In this document: piece by piece, positions 50,955-64,000 of the stretch
Layout: every line of letters starts with the position of its first letter
How positions within the stretch are numbered: position 1 is the stretch's first letter
From: Monocercomonoides exilis PA203
Lineage: Eukaryota > Protista > Preaxostyla
Length of the DNA: 64,000 nt
Direction: 5' to 3'
NCBI GenBank assembly: GCA_001643675.2
Contig: LSRY02000067.1
Span: forward strand, 1 to 64,000
Position numbers and translations under genes: made by a program
Notes under the pieces: generated by a model
Told to the model about the DNA's origin: nothing
Databases searched by the model: none
The model's input: the letters and a program-made list of their open reading frames with translations, nothing else

Positions 50955-53900
50955 CCAAATTCTTCTTCTTCTTCTTCTTTTTCATCATCATCTTCTTCTT
51001 CTGCTGCTGCTAATTCTTTTTCTCAAAATTCTTTTTCCTTTCCCCTCTCGTCCTTCCAATCATCTCATTCGTCTTCCCTTTCTCGCCTATTCCCTTTTCG
51101 GTAGCATGTTTTCAACATCAGAGGAATGTGCGAACATTGCTTCATTTTTTTGCTTGAATGAAGTTCAGTCGCACGACTTCAATGCTTTCATCATCATCTC
51201 AAACTTCTCCCCATATATCGAAAGATTGTTCCATTACACATTCCTCCTCTTCATCGTTTTCTTCCTCATATTAATCATAAGCCGCTTCTCCAAATAACAC
51301 ATCCACTAAATTATCTTCCTTATCTCCATCTTCGTTATCATGATTTTCGTTTTTTTTTCCTCCTCTTCTTCTGCTTCTGCTGCTTCTTCTGTTTCCACTT
51401 CGTTGAATGTTGGATTTCCAGCAACCTCTATCCCGATTTCAAGTACTCAGACGAAGAATTCTTCATCCTCTTCTTCGTCTGTTTCACTGCTGAGTGTTCC
51501 AACTACCGCACTCGGCAGATCACTCAAAAAATGCAACAGGTTAAAAGCGCTTGCTGCCTTCAAACGGACGATCTGTAAAAAAAAAGCACATGCAGAATCA
51601 AGGATAGCTCCACCAGAATTTAAATCAGAAATGCTGGGACTGACAAACAAGATGGGTGGAAGCAGCAATAATAACAGCAATAACAATAATAACAGCAAGA
51701 AGAAGAAGCTATTACGTGTGGGGATGGAGCAAGTGCCGCTGAATATTCCACACTGAAGGCCGCCGAAGATGAAGAGGAAGCGGATGATTACTGCGATGGG
51801 GTTGAATCAGCAGGGGAAGAAGAGTGAAGGATGTGCAAATGCAAATGCAACAGCGCAGAATACGAGGCGTTTGGAATCAACTGTTGTAACATTGGCGAGT
51901 AAGAGGATAGTTTTGAAACAAAGAGAAAGTGAAAGAAGAGGATGAAAAAAAGGAGAAAGGAAAAAGGAAAAAGATAAGAAAAGAATTATTTCTGTGTTTG
52001 ACGAGCTTCCTCCAGATGAATTGGAGTTTTGAAGGCAAAAAGGTGAAAAGCGGAGAAAGAAAGCGAGCGTGAAAGGGAAAGGAAAAGCAAAAGAAAAAGC
52101 ATTCCGATCAAAGACAAGTCCGACGTTGAATATATATGATGTGCTGAGTGAGCTGCTTTCGAGAGAGCTGGAGCTGCTTCGTGTGGCAGAAGGCAGCATC
52201 ACATTTGACTCTTCTGAATCTGACACTCGTGAGACAAGTGGAAGAAGCAGAAGTGACACCGATAAGAATGAATATGGCGAGGAAGTGGATGAGGAGGAGG
52301 AGGAGGAAGAAGAAGAAGACGTGGAGTTAGACAGGATTCTCAGTGCAAAGATATTTTTGACAAGAACACGGTCCATTCGGCAGACACTGGAAAAGAGCAG
52401 ATCTGTTTTTGAATATGACACCTCGAACACATGCAACTCGGCAAAAATGAGAGAAAACAGCTGAGTTGAAGCAACATTTAATGCAGCTGAGATGAAAGAG
52501 AGGCAGAAGAAGGAGGCACTTACGAAGATGAAGAAGAACATACTGAAGCTGACACATGGAAGTATTATTTTTCTAATCAAGCCAGCCGACCTTCTGCCAC
52601 CTGCAAATCTCGTTCAGGAAGAGGGATGCAAGGCAAAGACGCTCAAAAGAAAGATCTGGCCGAGAGGGAGGGGGAAGAACATGTACTATTTGTTCGAGAT
52701 GAAGAGAGGAAAGCGTGAGTGAACGGAGAAGGTGCAGTAGACACTGATGAAGCAGAAGAATACAATGAAGATAACGACAATTACGATAGCGATGATAGTT
52801 ACGTTAGCGGTGGTGAAGACAGTTTGGATATAACACGATCTGCTGATACATCAAATGCCGATGAAACATAAAAGACAACAGAAAGAGAAGAAGACTTAAC
52901 TTCACGCCCTGCCCTGCGCTTCACTCCCAAGCAGCCAAAGACGCTTTCATCGGCATCCCAAAACAGCAATCAGAAAAATTCGTATGTTTCTTTCACGCCC
53001 ACCTCATCCATCTCCAGCGGAGAGCTCAGTTCGACCCCTCTGCGGTTTACCTTTCATTCAGCCGAGTCCACAAAGGAAAATGGAGAGAAAGAAGAAGACG
53101 AGAACACAATTGGCTCAGACGTCTACAGAGAAGCCCGGCATAACTCGCGCAAGAGGAACAGCAACGACAGTTTTACTGCTGTTTCTGTGTCACGAAGGCA
53201 TCTTGCCTTGTCTTCCATCAGAGCAGCACTCGGCAGAGAATTGCAGGCACATCTCAGAGCAGCTGCGAGAAACAGGTTTGCGACGGCTTCTTAATGAGAG
53301 AGTTTGTCCAGCCAGACAGGCATGCCAATGCAAATGGAGAAGATGGAGGAGGATGAGTGGATGACTTAGGAAATCCTTCTGTGTTTTGGAGGAAGTGCAG
53401 ACAGAATACAGGGCTGAAGAAGCTGTTTGTGCGATCGATGCAGCAGATGGGGCAGAATGAAGGTGCTGCTTTGTTTCATTTTCTTTGAGAGGCTTTGTTT
53501 CATCTTTTCAACTAACTTGGATCGCCGCAGCTTCTGAAGCCCACTACGATTCCATCATCTCATGCCGGGGCAACAGGGGGAATATTGGCGAATGATGCGA
53601 ACTTGTTTCTGAATCTGCTGTGAGGCACGAGGCTGTTCAGCTTGGGAGGAGAAGATGCTGTGAGAAATGCACAACCGGTGGAGAACATGAGAAATGAGAT
53701 GAATGTGTGGAGATGAGAAGGAAGGACAGCTGTTGAAGGAGGGGACGCGGTAAAAGGCACAGTTGAGCTGTTCTGAGAAGAGAGGGGAATCTTCAGCACT
53801 ATTCCTGATGTGCAGAACAAGATCAATAGAAAGAATGATGAAAATAATTTCTCTTTGTATGCAGTGGAAAGAGAGTCATATGCAATCAATGCGAATATTC

Positions 53901-56900
53901 TGCTTGACCCGCTTTTGTTTGCTTCGTCTGTCTTTTTCGAAGACCAACAACTTCTGCTGTCTGCCTCAGAAAATACAATTTTAGTTCCTTTTCAAAGAAC
54001 AGCATATGTCCCATCCATCGGAGAAACTCTGCTCGAACTGACAAATCCATCTTTTCAGGTTGTTCCGCTGTGCATTGAGTATCCATAGAAAGGAGAGCAG
54101 CATTCGATTCTGCCTTCTTCTCTCAAGTTTTCATGGGTGCCTCTTGTCAACATGTGCCCTCTCCCGCTTTCTCATTTGCTCACTTCAATCGTTTGCACTC
54201 TGCCTTCAAAGCTGCTTTCAGCATCTTTCACTTCATCTTCCGTGTTCTCCATCCCTTCTTTATTCGCCTCCTTCGTCGCTTCTATTTCCATTTCTCGGTC
54301 CATGTCATCCTTCAGCACAACACCTTCCATCATCTCATTCTCCACGCAGCCCCTCGGACCTTCTGCCGCGTAGTCCAATCGCCTGCTGCTTTGTCTGCTG
54401 GCAACGCGCGCTGCACTCAATGCTATTGTCACCGCCACTCTCATGCTGATGGTGAAGAAGGACTTGTTCCACAGAATATCAGCCATATTCGAGACACACA
54501 ATGACCAGAAACCTTCTTCTTCTCCTTCGATGTTCATTTCTGCCTCTCCCATCCAGCGATTGGAGGTTGTTGGCGCTGCATTCGCACAAGCCACACCTTC
54601 CGCTTTTGCTTCTGTCCAGCAAACATCTGAGTCTCAGTCAACTTCATTGGCATCGAATATAACAACAGATGCACTATACCTGAGTGGATCTTCAAATTCT
54701 GCTGCTGATGAAGCTAATACAACTTCTGTTGGCATGCGATAAATGCATAAGGAACAGCAAGTGGAAGAAGAGGAGAACTTCCCTATCAGATAAAGAAAGA
54801 CTAATTCTCAGCAATTCTTCCACATCAGCTTCAGACAAGCGTAACCTCCTCTCAGTTACCTCTCTCTTCTCTTTCGCAATCTCCCTCTCCTTTTCCCTCT
54901 TCTCCGTCATTCACATCAAAAAATTCTCCATCCTTAGTTTTCCTCCCTTTTCCTTCGACTCATTCTCTCCCACTTCAGAGTCGTGAACGGGTATTTTTTT
55001 CTTTTTCTTTTCTCCCCCATCTGGAGCAATTCCTGAGAATTCTACGACGCGAAGTCTATTTTTTCAAAATTCTTTCTTTTTTTCAAAGGATATTCTTTCA
55101 TCTTCACCTGCAACTGTCCTCCTTGCTCTGCTTTTGTTACAGCTACCATCTGATTCATCATCGTAGTCATCATCATCTTCTTCTTCTTCTGATCGTATTT
55201 CTTCATTTTTTGCATCTTCATAAGTGATAATAGCAGAAATAAAAAAGAATGGAATTTATGAAGAAAAGAAACTAGTTGAATATGAGAAGATGATTGTTTA
55301 GTGAATGAAGAGGATGAAGATAAAGAGAAAGATAAATTTATTAAAAACAGAATATTATGAATGGAATTTGGATTTAAAAAATTGAAGAGATTTTAAAAGA
55401 AAAAAGGATAATATGGAAAAGGAGAGAAGTTGGAAGAGAAGACTTCAACGAGCAGTAAAAGAACGCTAAAACGAAGAAATAATCAATTGTTATTTATCTG
55501 AATCATTCCGTCTGCTGCTTCTTTTTCATGGGTGTCCTTAAGCACAGCAACAAACAGCAGGGAAGGGATGTAAGATGTAATGCTTCGGAGAGCTAATCGA
55601 TGGATGGGAAGCCACTTGGAAAGTACCAGAGAGTGCGCAGTCGCTTTGTCAAAGCGAGGCAATGTTAATCTCACAGAAGTCAGAGCTGATGATGATGCTG
55701 CAGGCAAAGGTGACATTCGGGACAGGCTGATCTGTTGCAGGTGAACAAGCAGCTGTCGATATGTACACAGTTGTTCGCCTCTGAACTGGTCGAAAGAAAT
55801 GGTAGTGAAGAAGGAGAACATCATGCTGAAGAAGCTTATTGACTTATTTAAAACAGAAAGATGAAAATAACACGCTGAATCATTCAGTGGATAAATAGTG
55901 GTGATGAGATGTTCAACAAAGAAGCTGATGCTATTATTGAAAAACCAGCAGAGGCTAGGCAGGACGTAGGGTGGAGAGGTTGGCGCGGGAGAGGAAGAGG
56001 GAGGAAGCGTGAACAGCACGAATAGCAGGGCAGGTGAGGTGGAGGGAATGGACAGATATGCTGGAGAGGCGAAGGGTAACTTTGCAAGCACAAATGAGCA
56101 TTGAGCTGAAGTGGATAGGATGTTTTGGAGAGGAAAAGAGGGAGGAGGACACAGCGAGGGATCCATCGAGGAGGGAGAAGAGGGAAGAGTGAGCAGATGC
56201 GAATGAGGAGTGAAGGAGAAGTAGCAGTGGGTGGGGATGCAGGTGTTGAGAAAGGTGACAACAGCAGAGCATCTGAGGAGGAAGACAGAGATAGAGAAAG
56301 ATGAAAAAGTGCAAGTGAAGATTTTCGTTTAATGGAAGCATTTTTTTGCGCAAAAAATGAAAATTCACAAATTGCATTGTTCAATTTTTTTAATAGTGAT
56401 TTTTTTTATTATCATCTTTCACTTCTTTTGATGAATAAATCTACAAAAGTTCTTTTTTGTATTATTTGTTTTAAAATCGAAATAAACTACAAACTGTGAA
56501 TTTCTTGTGAAATATCCTGCATAACTATCATATTTTTGTTTTTGTGTTTTCGATAATTGTTTTTTTCAACATATTTATTTGGATCTTCAAAATCTATTTT
56601 GAAATTTCTTTTCAATAACATTATTTGACATTCTTCATTTAAGAAATTGATTTATTGAGTATTGAAACAATCATTATCATGCTTTTCAAACAAGATAACT
56701 TATGTTTTATAATGTTTATTGAATTTTCGAGTTTTTTTTTGAAATTATTTTTATTTTAAGATATTTGTAATAAAATAAATTGGAAACAAATTAAAAACAA
56801 CAAATAATTAATAATGATAATATATTAAACTAAATTTTTATAAAAATATAAATAAAAATTTTCTAATAAACCCCACCCTTAATGAAAAATTATTATGATC

Positions 56901-58699
56901 AAACTTCGTTATTTTTTATGATTTCAAAAAAAAAAACCCGTGTAACAAAAATTTCATATTTCAATATAATTTTTGTTTCCACGAACGAAACTTATTTAAA
57001 ACGGAAATTATAACATTGTCGTTATTTTGTTTTCATAACATGGAAATACAGCGATTAGGAACAGAAATTTGATCGAAATATAAATTTCTTATTTTATTAG
57101 GAAATAAAACAAAAGGAACTTTTTAAAAAAATATAGACATGTCATAAACAATTTGTGTCCCCTATATCAACTTATTTTTATCAAAATCTCATTGAAAAAA
57201 AAATATGATTATCGCTCGAATTGAAGTGTGATTTCAAAAAGGATTTGCTTCTTTAAAAATTCAAAAATTTTGAAAATGAGTCAATTTTTATTTCAAAAAA
57301 TTGGGGGAAAAGTCAGTTATAAAAAATCAAAAGAAAATAAAATAGTTCATCTTTATGACATTTCTGAACACTCAGAATAAGCCTCTGTAACAGACCGATA
57401 TTTCTAAAGCCTCTCTACAAGTCGACCGGATTAACTGTTTAATTTTTCATCAATTTTTGATGATAAAAAGAAAAAATTAAAATTAAAATTTTTTGTTTTT
57501 CATAATTATTAAAGAGTTAATATTTTATTATCTAGAAAAAAAATTTCCCAAAAATAATTTAAGAAATTATATTCATGCGCACTAGACAGATCTTTGACAA
57601 GATCTGTCTTCGACAAAAATCAGTCGTTTGACAAAAATCAGTCGAGTTTTTAAAAAAAGTGAAAATGATGACTTTTTCTTGATTAATTGTCAGTCTTTCC
57701 AATATCAAGTCGTAAGAAAACAGTAATATTTTGTTTTCTCTTCATGTTATTTTGAAGTTTGTGTGTTTTTCTTTAAATTGTTGCAGAAGATATGGGTGAT
57801 TATTTTTGAAATAATTATTTTTCATTGTTTTTTTTCGGATGCATGAGAATTACGAAACAACATATTTAATCAATAAAAACCAAGATGTTAAAACAAAAAT
57901 CTGTATTTTTTCTAAATATTTGCAAAAATAAAAAGTGCTTGTAATTTTCAATAATAATTATTGATCGCATAATAAATAATACTTTTTATTTAGTAAAATG
58001 ATTTTTTATTGATGTTTTTTTCAGCAAGGAGATACTATTTTCAAAGGAGTCATCTCTATCAGAGCACATTGAATTTATATTTTTGAGGTAACTGTTTAGG
58101 AAACAGTCTAAGCAATTTTGTCTAACTTTTCGAAGAATTACATTTCAGAATGGTTTTCAAATGTTTTTGCTTCTTTTAAGCAATTTCAATATATAACGAA
58201 CAAATATGAATTGAAAGATATCTCTTTCTATTTTTTTGTTGTTCAAAAATTGTTATTTATCGAAGTTTCGAGAAATAGTAACAAAAACACATGCATGAAC
58301 ACAAACAGCTTTTTTCATATTAATTTATTTGAAAACAATGAATACAACTTAACGAGTTTTTAACTAAATTTAATAAAATTTGAGTTTAGAAAAAGTGAGC
58401 AAGGAATTGATAGTTATAATTAGAATTGACAAAAATTTAACTTCAAAAGCAATTTCTTTTGTTAAAGATTTATTGTAAATTCGTCGTTTCAAAAATAATA
58501 TTGTTTTATGGAAAGATAAAAAGAGTGACAGAAATTTAAAGAAAGAAAAAGAATTTGTTTTATATGTTCAAGTTAAATATTTAACTTGCATATGTTGTCC
58601 TTTAACAAATCTCACGCTCATTAACACCTATTTATGAATAAGCTTCCTCAGCGTGATCCCCCTTTTTGATTGCGCATTCTTTATCACTAGAAAGTATTA

Positions 58700-60489
58700 T
58701 TTGCTTTCACAATTTTTTCCTCCACCTCCCACATCCAAACATCTTCCCTCACCAACAGCCACCACCACCACTGCCCTCTCTTCCTCTCTGCCCATGCCTC
58801 CCTCGCCCTCACAAACTTCTCCCTCACCACCCACCAACCAGCCATCATCTCCTTCCCCCTCTTCTCCACCCCAAACAATCTCCTCCCAGATACCCACTCC
58901 CCAATCCCTGCCTCCTTCTCCATCTCCCACTCCTCCTTCTCCTCTTTCGTCTCCATCATCCAGCCCTTCCTTTTTTCTCCTTCTTCCCTCTCTTCCCCTT
59001 CCCCTTCTCCATCTCCTTCCCTTTCCCCTTCTATTTCCTCTTCCTCTTCCCCTTCCCCTCTCCATGACCATCACCAATCCCATCCCCACCTCCAAATCCA
59101 CCTCAATCTCCATCTCTCAAACACCGTCTTCTCAAACATCTCCTCTCCTCAATCCCCTCGAACTCTTCCATCCCTTCCCTCCCACTCACTCAACCCATTC
59201 ACATCAACCACCTCAACCTCTTCCTCCTCTTCTACAACCACTTCCACCAACTCCAATAAAATCCTTTCCTTCTCCCTTCACTCATCGCTCTCCATCCACT
59301 CGACCATCTTCAAATACACAACCCCTATGATGGCGCCATCCTCCCCAACCTCAACATCCCATCTACATCCCTCTCTGCCTTCAACACTTCTTTTCTCAGC
59401 CAAGCACGCTTTTCACCAAATGATCTTATCAAATATGACGGATCAGAAACTCAAAAAACGGAATTAAGTAGATTGTCCTTTTCTGATTTGAATAGCTATC
59501 TATTTGAATGGTGCATATGGGAAAATTCAAACAGCGGAGATTATTGGGGTGGTGCTCTTAGTATTTCTTACACGAATGCGAATCTCGCTATCACTTCTTG
59601 CTCATTTAACAATTGTTCCTGTAATGGAAATGGTGGAGCATTGTTTTGCAATAGTTTGTTAAAAATTGACATCACAAAATCCAATTTCACAAGCTGTTCA
59701 GCTGCTCATGGAGGAGCAGTCCATGCTACAAATCCACGATCAAATTCTGTTTGGACATTCTCAGATAACAGAGTGGAAAGTTGTTCAATATCCAGTTGGT
59801 ATGGAACTGGTTGGTATTTTGGACTAAATAATAATCAGTTAAATTTTCAGTTCTTGTTTTCCAAATGCAAGTGTATTTCAAATTCTGGTGGTGATGCTGC
59901 TGGCTCTCTCACATTTCATTGGCCTCCACAAAACAAACCAAGTCAATTTTCAATCAATGATTGCCAGTTTATAAACAATAAATTGAACTCTTCTTCAACA
60001 TATGGAGGTGCTGCAATGTGTTTTTATCCTCCTTTTTCATGGATGAATGGAGTAAAATTCATCACATTCTGCTTTTTCGATGGCAACACTGCAACTAATG
60101 GCAGGTGGAATGATGTGTTCTTCAGTGGTAATGCCATTATTCAATCCTCATTCCAGCAATGTGGATCAACAACACCAACAAAAAGAGTGTGGAATCCAGA
60201 AACTGCAGATTATGCGATGTACAACAGTTGGCTTCCAATCATCTCTCAAAATAAAATTGTTGCAAATGGTGGAAGTGATGTCGATGCCTGTGGCAAAGCA
60301 CAGCAAAGCTCCTGTGCCACAGTGGAGCATGCTCTTGGATACGTTGCTCCCTTCAGCGATGCCTCCCTCTCTCTTCTCGTCTCCACTTTCACTCCCACAA
60401 AGACTCTCACATTCAGCACGGTCGATACAAAATTCACTGCAAATGATGAACTTTCTCAAAATTTCCTCCATTATTTCTTCAAATTCTGA
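58700..60489 (+). pseudogene. Truncated beta-helix-repeat surface protein
   Basis: ORF 59473-60489 has repeated FxxCxxxxxGGA motifs; it ends abruptly and the upstream part is frameshifted. Confidence 0.65.
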
Positions 60490-62099
60490 TAATTTTTCAT
60501 TTCACTTCATATTTATGAGCTGCCATCTTCTTTTCAACAGGAGTGTATATCATCGCTTATCTTTCGAGAAGTCTGATATTGGCTCAGATAAAAGTATTTC
60601 TTTGTCATTTTCCATTTAACTTTTCTTCTTCATCAAATGAAAATAAAGCTCGTTGCTAAATGGAATATTCCCTTTTCCATTCTTCAAAAATAATTTCTTC
60701 AAGCACATTCGAAGATTTTCCACAAATTATAATTTCCTCGCATTTCCTATTCTGATGTCAACCTGATATTCGTCACATTTTTAATATAGAATTATCCTTC
60801 GATTATTTGTTTTCTCATAAATTATGTTCTCCTCGTTTAATCATCCTCTCGTTCCATTGAAGGCAAATGACGTTGTGAAATTTGTCGAAGATCATCCTCA
60901 TAATCATTCGCCCCAAACATCCTATCCTGCCATGTTCTTTATGTTTTCGGTGAATTCTTTCAGCTTCCAAATGAAAAGCAGAGGTAATCTACATTTTCTG
61001 TTGCATGCATGATGATCTGCTATTCTGTATCAAAATATCCCATTTCATTGCCATGTTATGTCCGGCTGAAATTCTATGTTAGAATGAATATTTCTTTTGC
61101 GTTTCCAATTTGAGTAGATTTGAATGCCTCTTGGTGAATTCGAGGGGAGTTGAATGAAATGAAAAAATCAACATGGTTCTTGATGTTCATCGAAGAAGGC
61201 GTTGAAGAAGACAAAGAAGAAGAAAATATGAAAAGACTGATGTTGAACAGATGGCTTTTTTTCTTATCGGAATTGTTAAAAAAAATGAAACGAAGAATCA
61301 TTTGACGATTGATCTGCCGAGTTTTGGAAAAGTGAATGAAGCTGTTTTCCTTACGGTTTTGCGGAGCTGCAGATTGTACAGCAAATACACATCAGAAGGT
61401 CGATGATCTGATCCAATGTCAAGTGAGTGAAAATGATATTGAAGGAGTTTTAGAAGAAGATAACAATGAAGTTGAAGATGTTACAGCTTATGGAAAAGGA
61501 AATGACGAAGAAGAAATAAAAGAATCGAAAGAAAATAAAGGAAATGAAGAAGAAGAAGAAGAAGAAGATGGTGAAAAAGAAGAATTGGAGTTGGTGGAAT
61601 ACAGTCCAAAGGCAGAGGAAGGCTGGATTGTTTAAAAGGATGAATTGGATGGAGATGCAGAAAGCAGTGAAGAAGAACAAGAAACAGATGATGATGATAG
61701 AGGAATCTGTTTGCATTCTTCTTTCTGCATCGCAACTGAAGCACTTCTGCTCAGATGCTCAAAATGAGGCTGACTCCTAACATTCAATGCATTTGAAGCG
61801 GATGATGGTGAAGGATGATGCTTATTCATCATATTCCCTCTTGGGATGCTATTCTGAATGTAATTGTTCCGACCAAGAAGACGATGCTTTGCTGCTCCTC
61901 TCTTCCCTTCCCCGCCTTCTTCCCTCTGTTCTCCCAATGGCTGCAGAAGAGGCAGCGTTTCTTCCCCAGAAAATGACCCAGTCAACATTTCAAGCTCTTC
62001 CAATGTGTCACATTATTCATCCCCAGTCATATTTTTTAACTGCTTTTGTATGTTCCTTTGGGTTTTGAGGGCATTGGAATGCTTTGTTGTGTATGCCTT

Positions 62100-63350
62100 T
62101 CCCCAATCCCTTATAATCTGTTTCTTCTTCTTCTTCCTCCTCCAAATCAATCGAACTACCCTCTCTCCTTGATTCCTCATTTGTTACCAAACCATTCGCA
62201 GACATTTCCACCTGTTCCTCATCTTTCCCCACATTTTCTTCTCTTCCATCTGAAGTCATGCCCAAAGATCCATCTGCTGCTTCTTCTTCTTCTGCTCTTG
62301 AAATCTCCTGTTGGATGCCGTAGGCCGACGGAGTGCTGCACACTTCATATTTCACTGAATGCTGCTTGCTTACACCCACCTCAGCCTCTGCCTTCACAAA
62401 CCTCAGCCCACTCAGCCCAAGTGCCTCCACAACCAGCGGCGCCATCGCCTCTTCCAGCTTCCCCTGGTTCTCTTTGATTCTATCCACAAACTCTCTGTGA
62501 GCTGTTGGATACCCGCTTTTCTCCTCATTCCCATCAACTCCCTTTCTCCATCCCTTTTCTTCTCCCTCTTTGTCTCCCTCTTTGCCTCTCCTTTCTCCTT
62601 CCTCTGCCTCTTCTCGCTCCTACAGCACCGCCAGCGCAATCGCTGCTGGTGACAGAACCACATCCTCCATCCTCAGCCCCGCAGCATCCAACCCTTTCTC
62701 CACAATCTCTCCCACTTCACACACTGAAACCCCTCGCCCCATCACTTCATCACTTCCTCGTCCAGCTTCACCACCACACGCCTCGACTGTTGCGATCGCC
62801 ATATTTGCAGCGACGAGTCAAACAGATCGTAGATCGACGGGAACGCATTCATACAGCCGACACAAAATTCTGCTTTCCTTCTGGCTTCGTGCCAACTTAC
62901 ACTGCAAGCGACCGAAGCTGCGCCACCAGCGAAACCAAAAGCATCGCCGAAAGCGCCACATCGTGTGCGCACATAACACATTTCCATGCAGCACAACACA
63001 CCGTACCACAACATATTCCCGTTGTGCCTGCTGCTCCCGCGGCGACAGCAGCAGCTGCAGCGACAGAGGAATGTGCTGCCCATACACTCCAGCCGCCTCT
63101 GGCACCACAATCCGCAGCCGCCTCTCGATGTCATCCATCACTCCTGCAGACGTGTATGATGCCGCCACCGCGGAGGTTTTCAAACTGTCAACTGCAAGTG
63201 CTGAAATGATGTTGATAAGAATTATGGCTTTTCACCTTTTCCCTTCTTCTTCTCTTTGCTTCCTCATATCTTTAATGGAGAACCAGATTGGCATGCTTCT
63301 TCAGATTGTGTTGAATGTTGAAGAAGAAGGAATGGAAGGAACGGATGAAG
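62100..63350 (-). pseudogene. Degenerate copy of the unknown family also found at 12600-13900
   Basis: Clear nucleotide and peptide similarity to 12600-13900; split over several frames. Confidence 0.6.
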
Positions 63351-63588
63351 GATGAATTGTGTACGTTGGAGTTGAAATAGAAAGAGAAGGAGAAAGGAGA
63401 AAGGAAGAAGCAGCACTAGTGCCACATGGAAGAGAGGAAGAAAAAGGAAAAATGGAAGTAAAAGATGAAAAATAAGAGATAGAAAAGAAGGAAAAGGAGA
63501 AAGATAGAAAGAAGAAGAGCAGGAGTGAATGAATGAGATGAAAAATCTTCATTTGGGGAAGAGAAATAAAAGATATCAAAAAGCAGGA

Positions 63589-63766
<178 letters not shown>

Positions 63767-64000
63767 GATTCTGATTTAAACAGATGTGTTGACACATTAG
63801 CTTTCTTATTCACACTTCAAGGAATTTTCCATTTTGTAATGAACAAACTTTGAAGATAACCTGAATAAATCAATGTCAAAACAAATATTGAGAATATTTC
63901 AATCTTCAAAAGAAGAACTTTTCTATTTGAACACACTTCAAAAAAGGTTTTGAAAAAAGATTTATATATTGAGATTTTTCTTTGATATGGATTTTGAAAA

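Noticed and set aside
51340-56380. Coding-like fragments here and at 10460-11400
   Set aside because: Probably pseudogene debris, but no family could be recognised from the sequence alone.

Overview
This window is the left end of a eukaryotic chromosome. About 2.6 kb of (CCCTAA)n telomere is followed by an AT-rich subtelomere with short GT-AG introns, the standard genetic code, and many pseudogenes. The gene families resemble those of the oxymonad Monocercomonoides (inference, not verified). Host content: a TMEM62-like metallophosphoesterase, four copies of an expanded E/K-rich gene family, and decayed fragments (DDX21-like helicase, kinase, CFAP61-like, beta-helix surface proteins). The main finding is a 9.2-kb DNA transposon at 40752-49973. 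It has apparently identical 604-bp terminal inverted repeats (TIRs) containing nested palindromes and no target-site duplication. Its spliced Sola-like DDD transposase carries a complete USP (C19) deubiquitinase domain, and a predicted pseudoknotted RNA of about 150 nt follows the stop codon. A piggyBac-like element carrying a host pseudogene is nested inside it. A second, apparently intact homologous transposase gene (23458-26756) shares the first two intron positions but has a 20-aa tandem repeat where the first has the USP domain, suggesting a swappable cargo slot.
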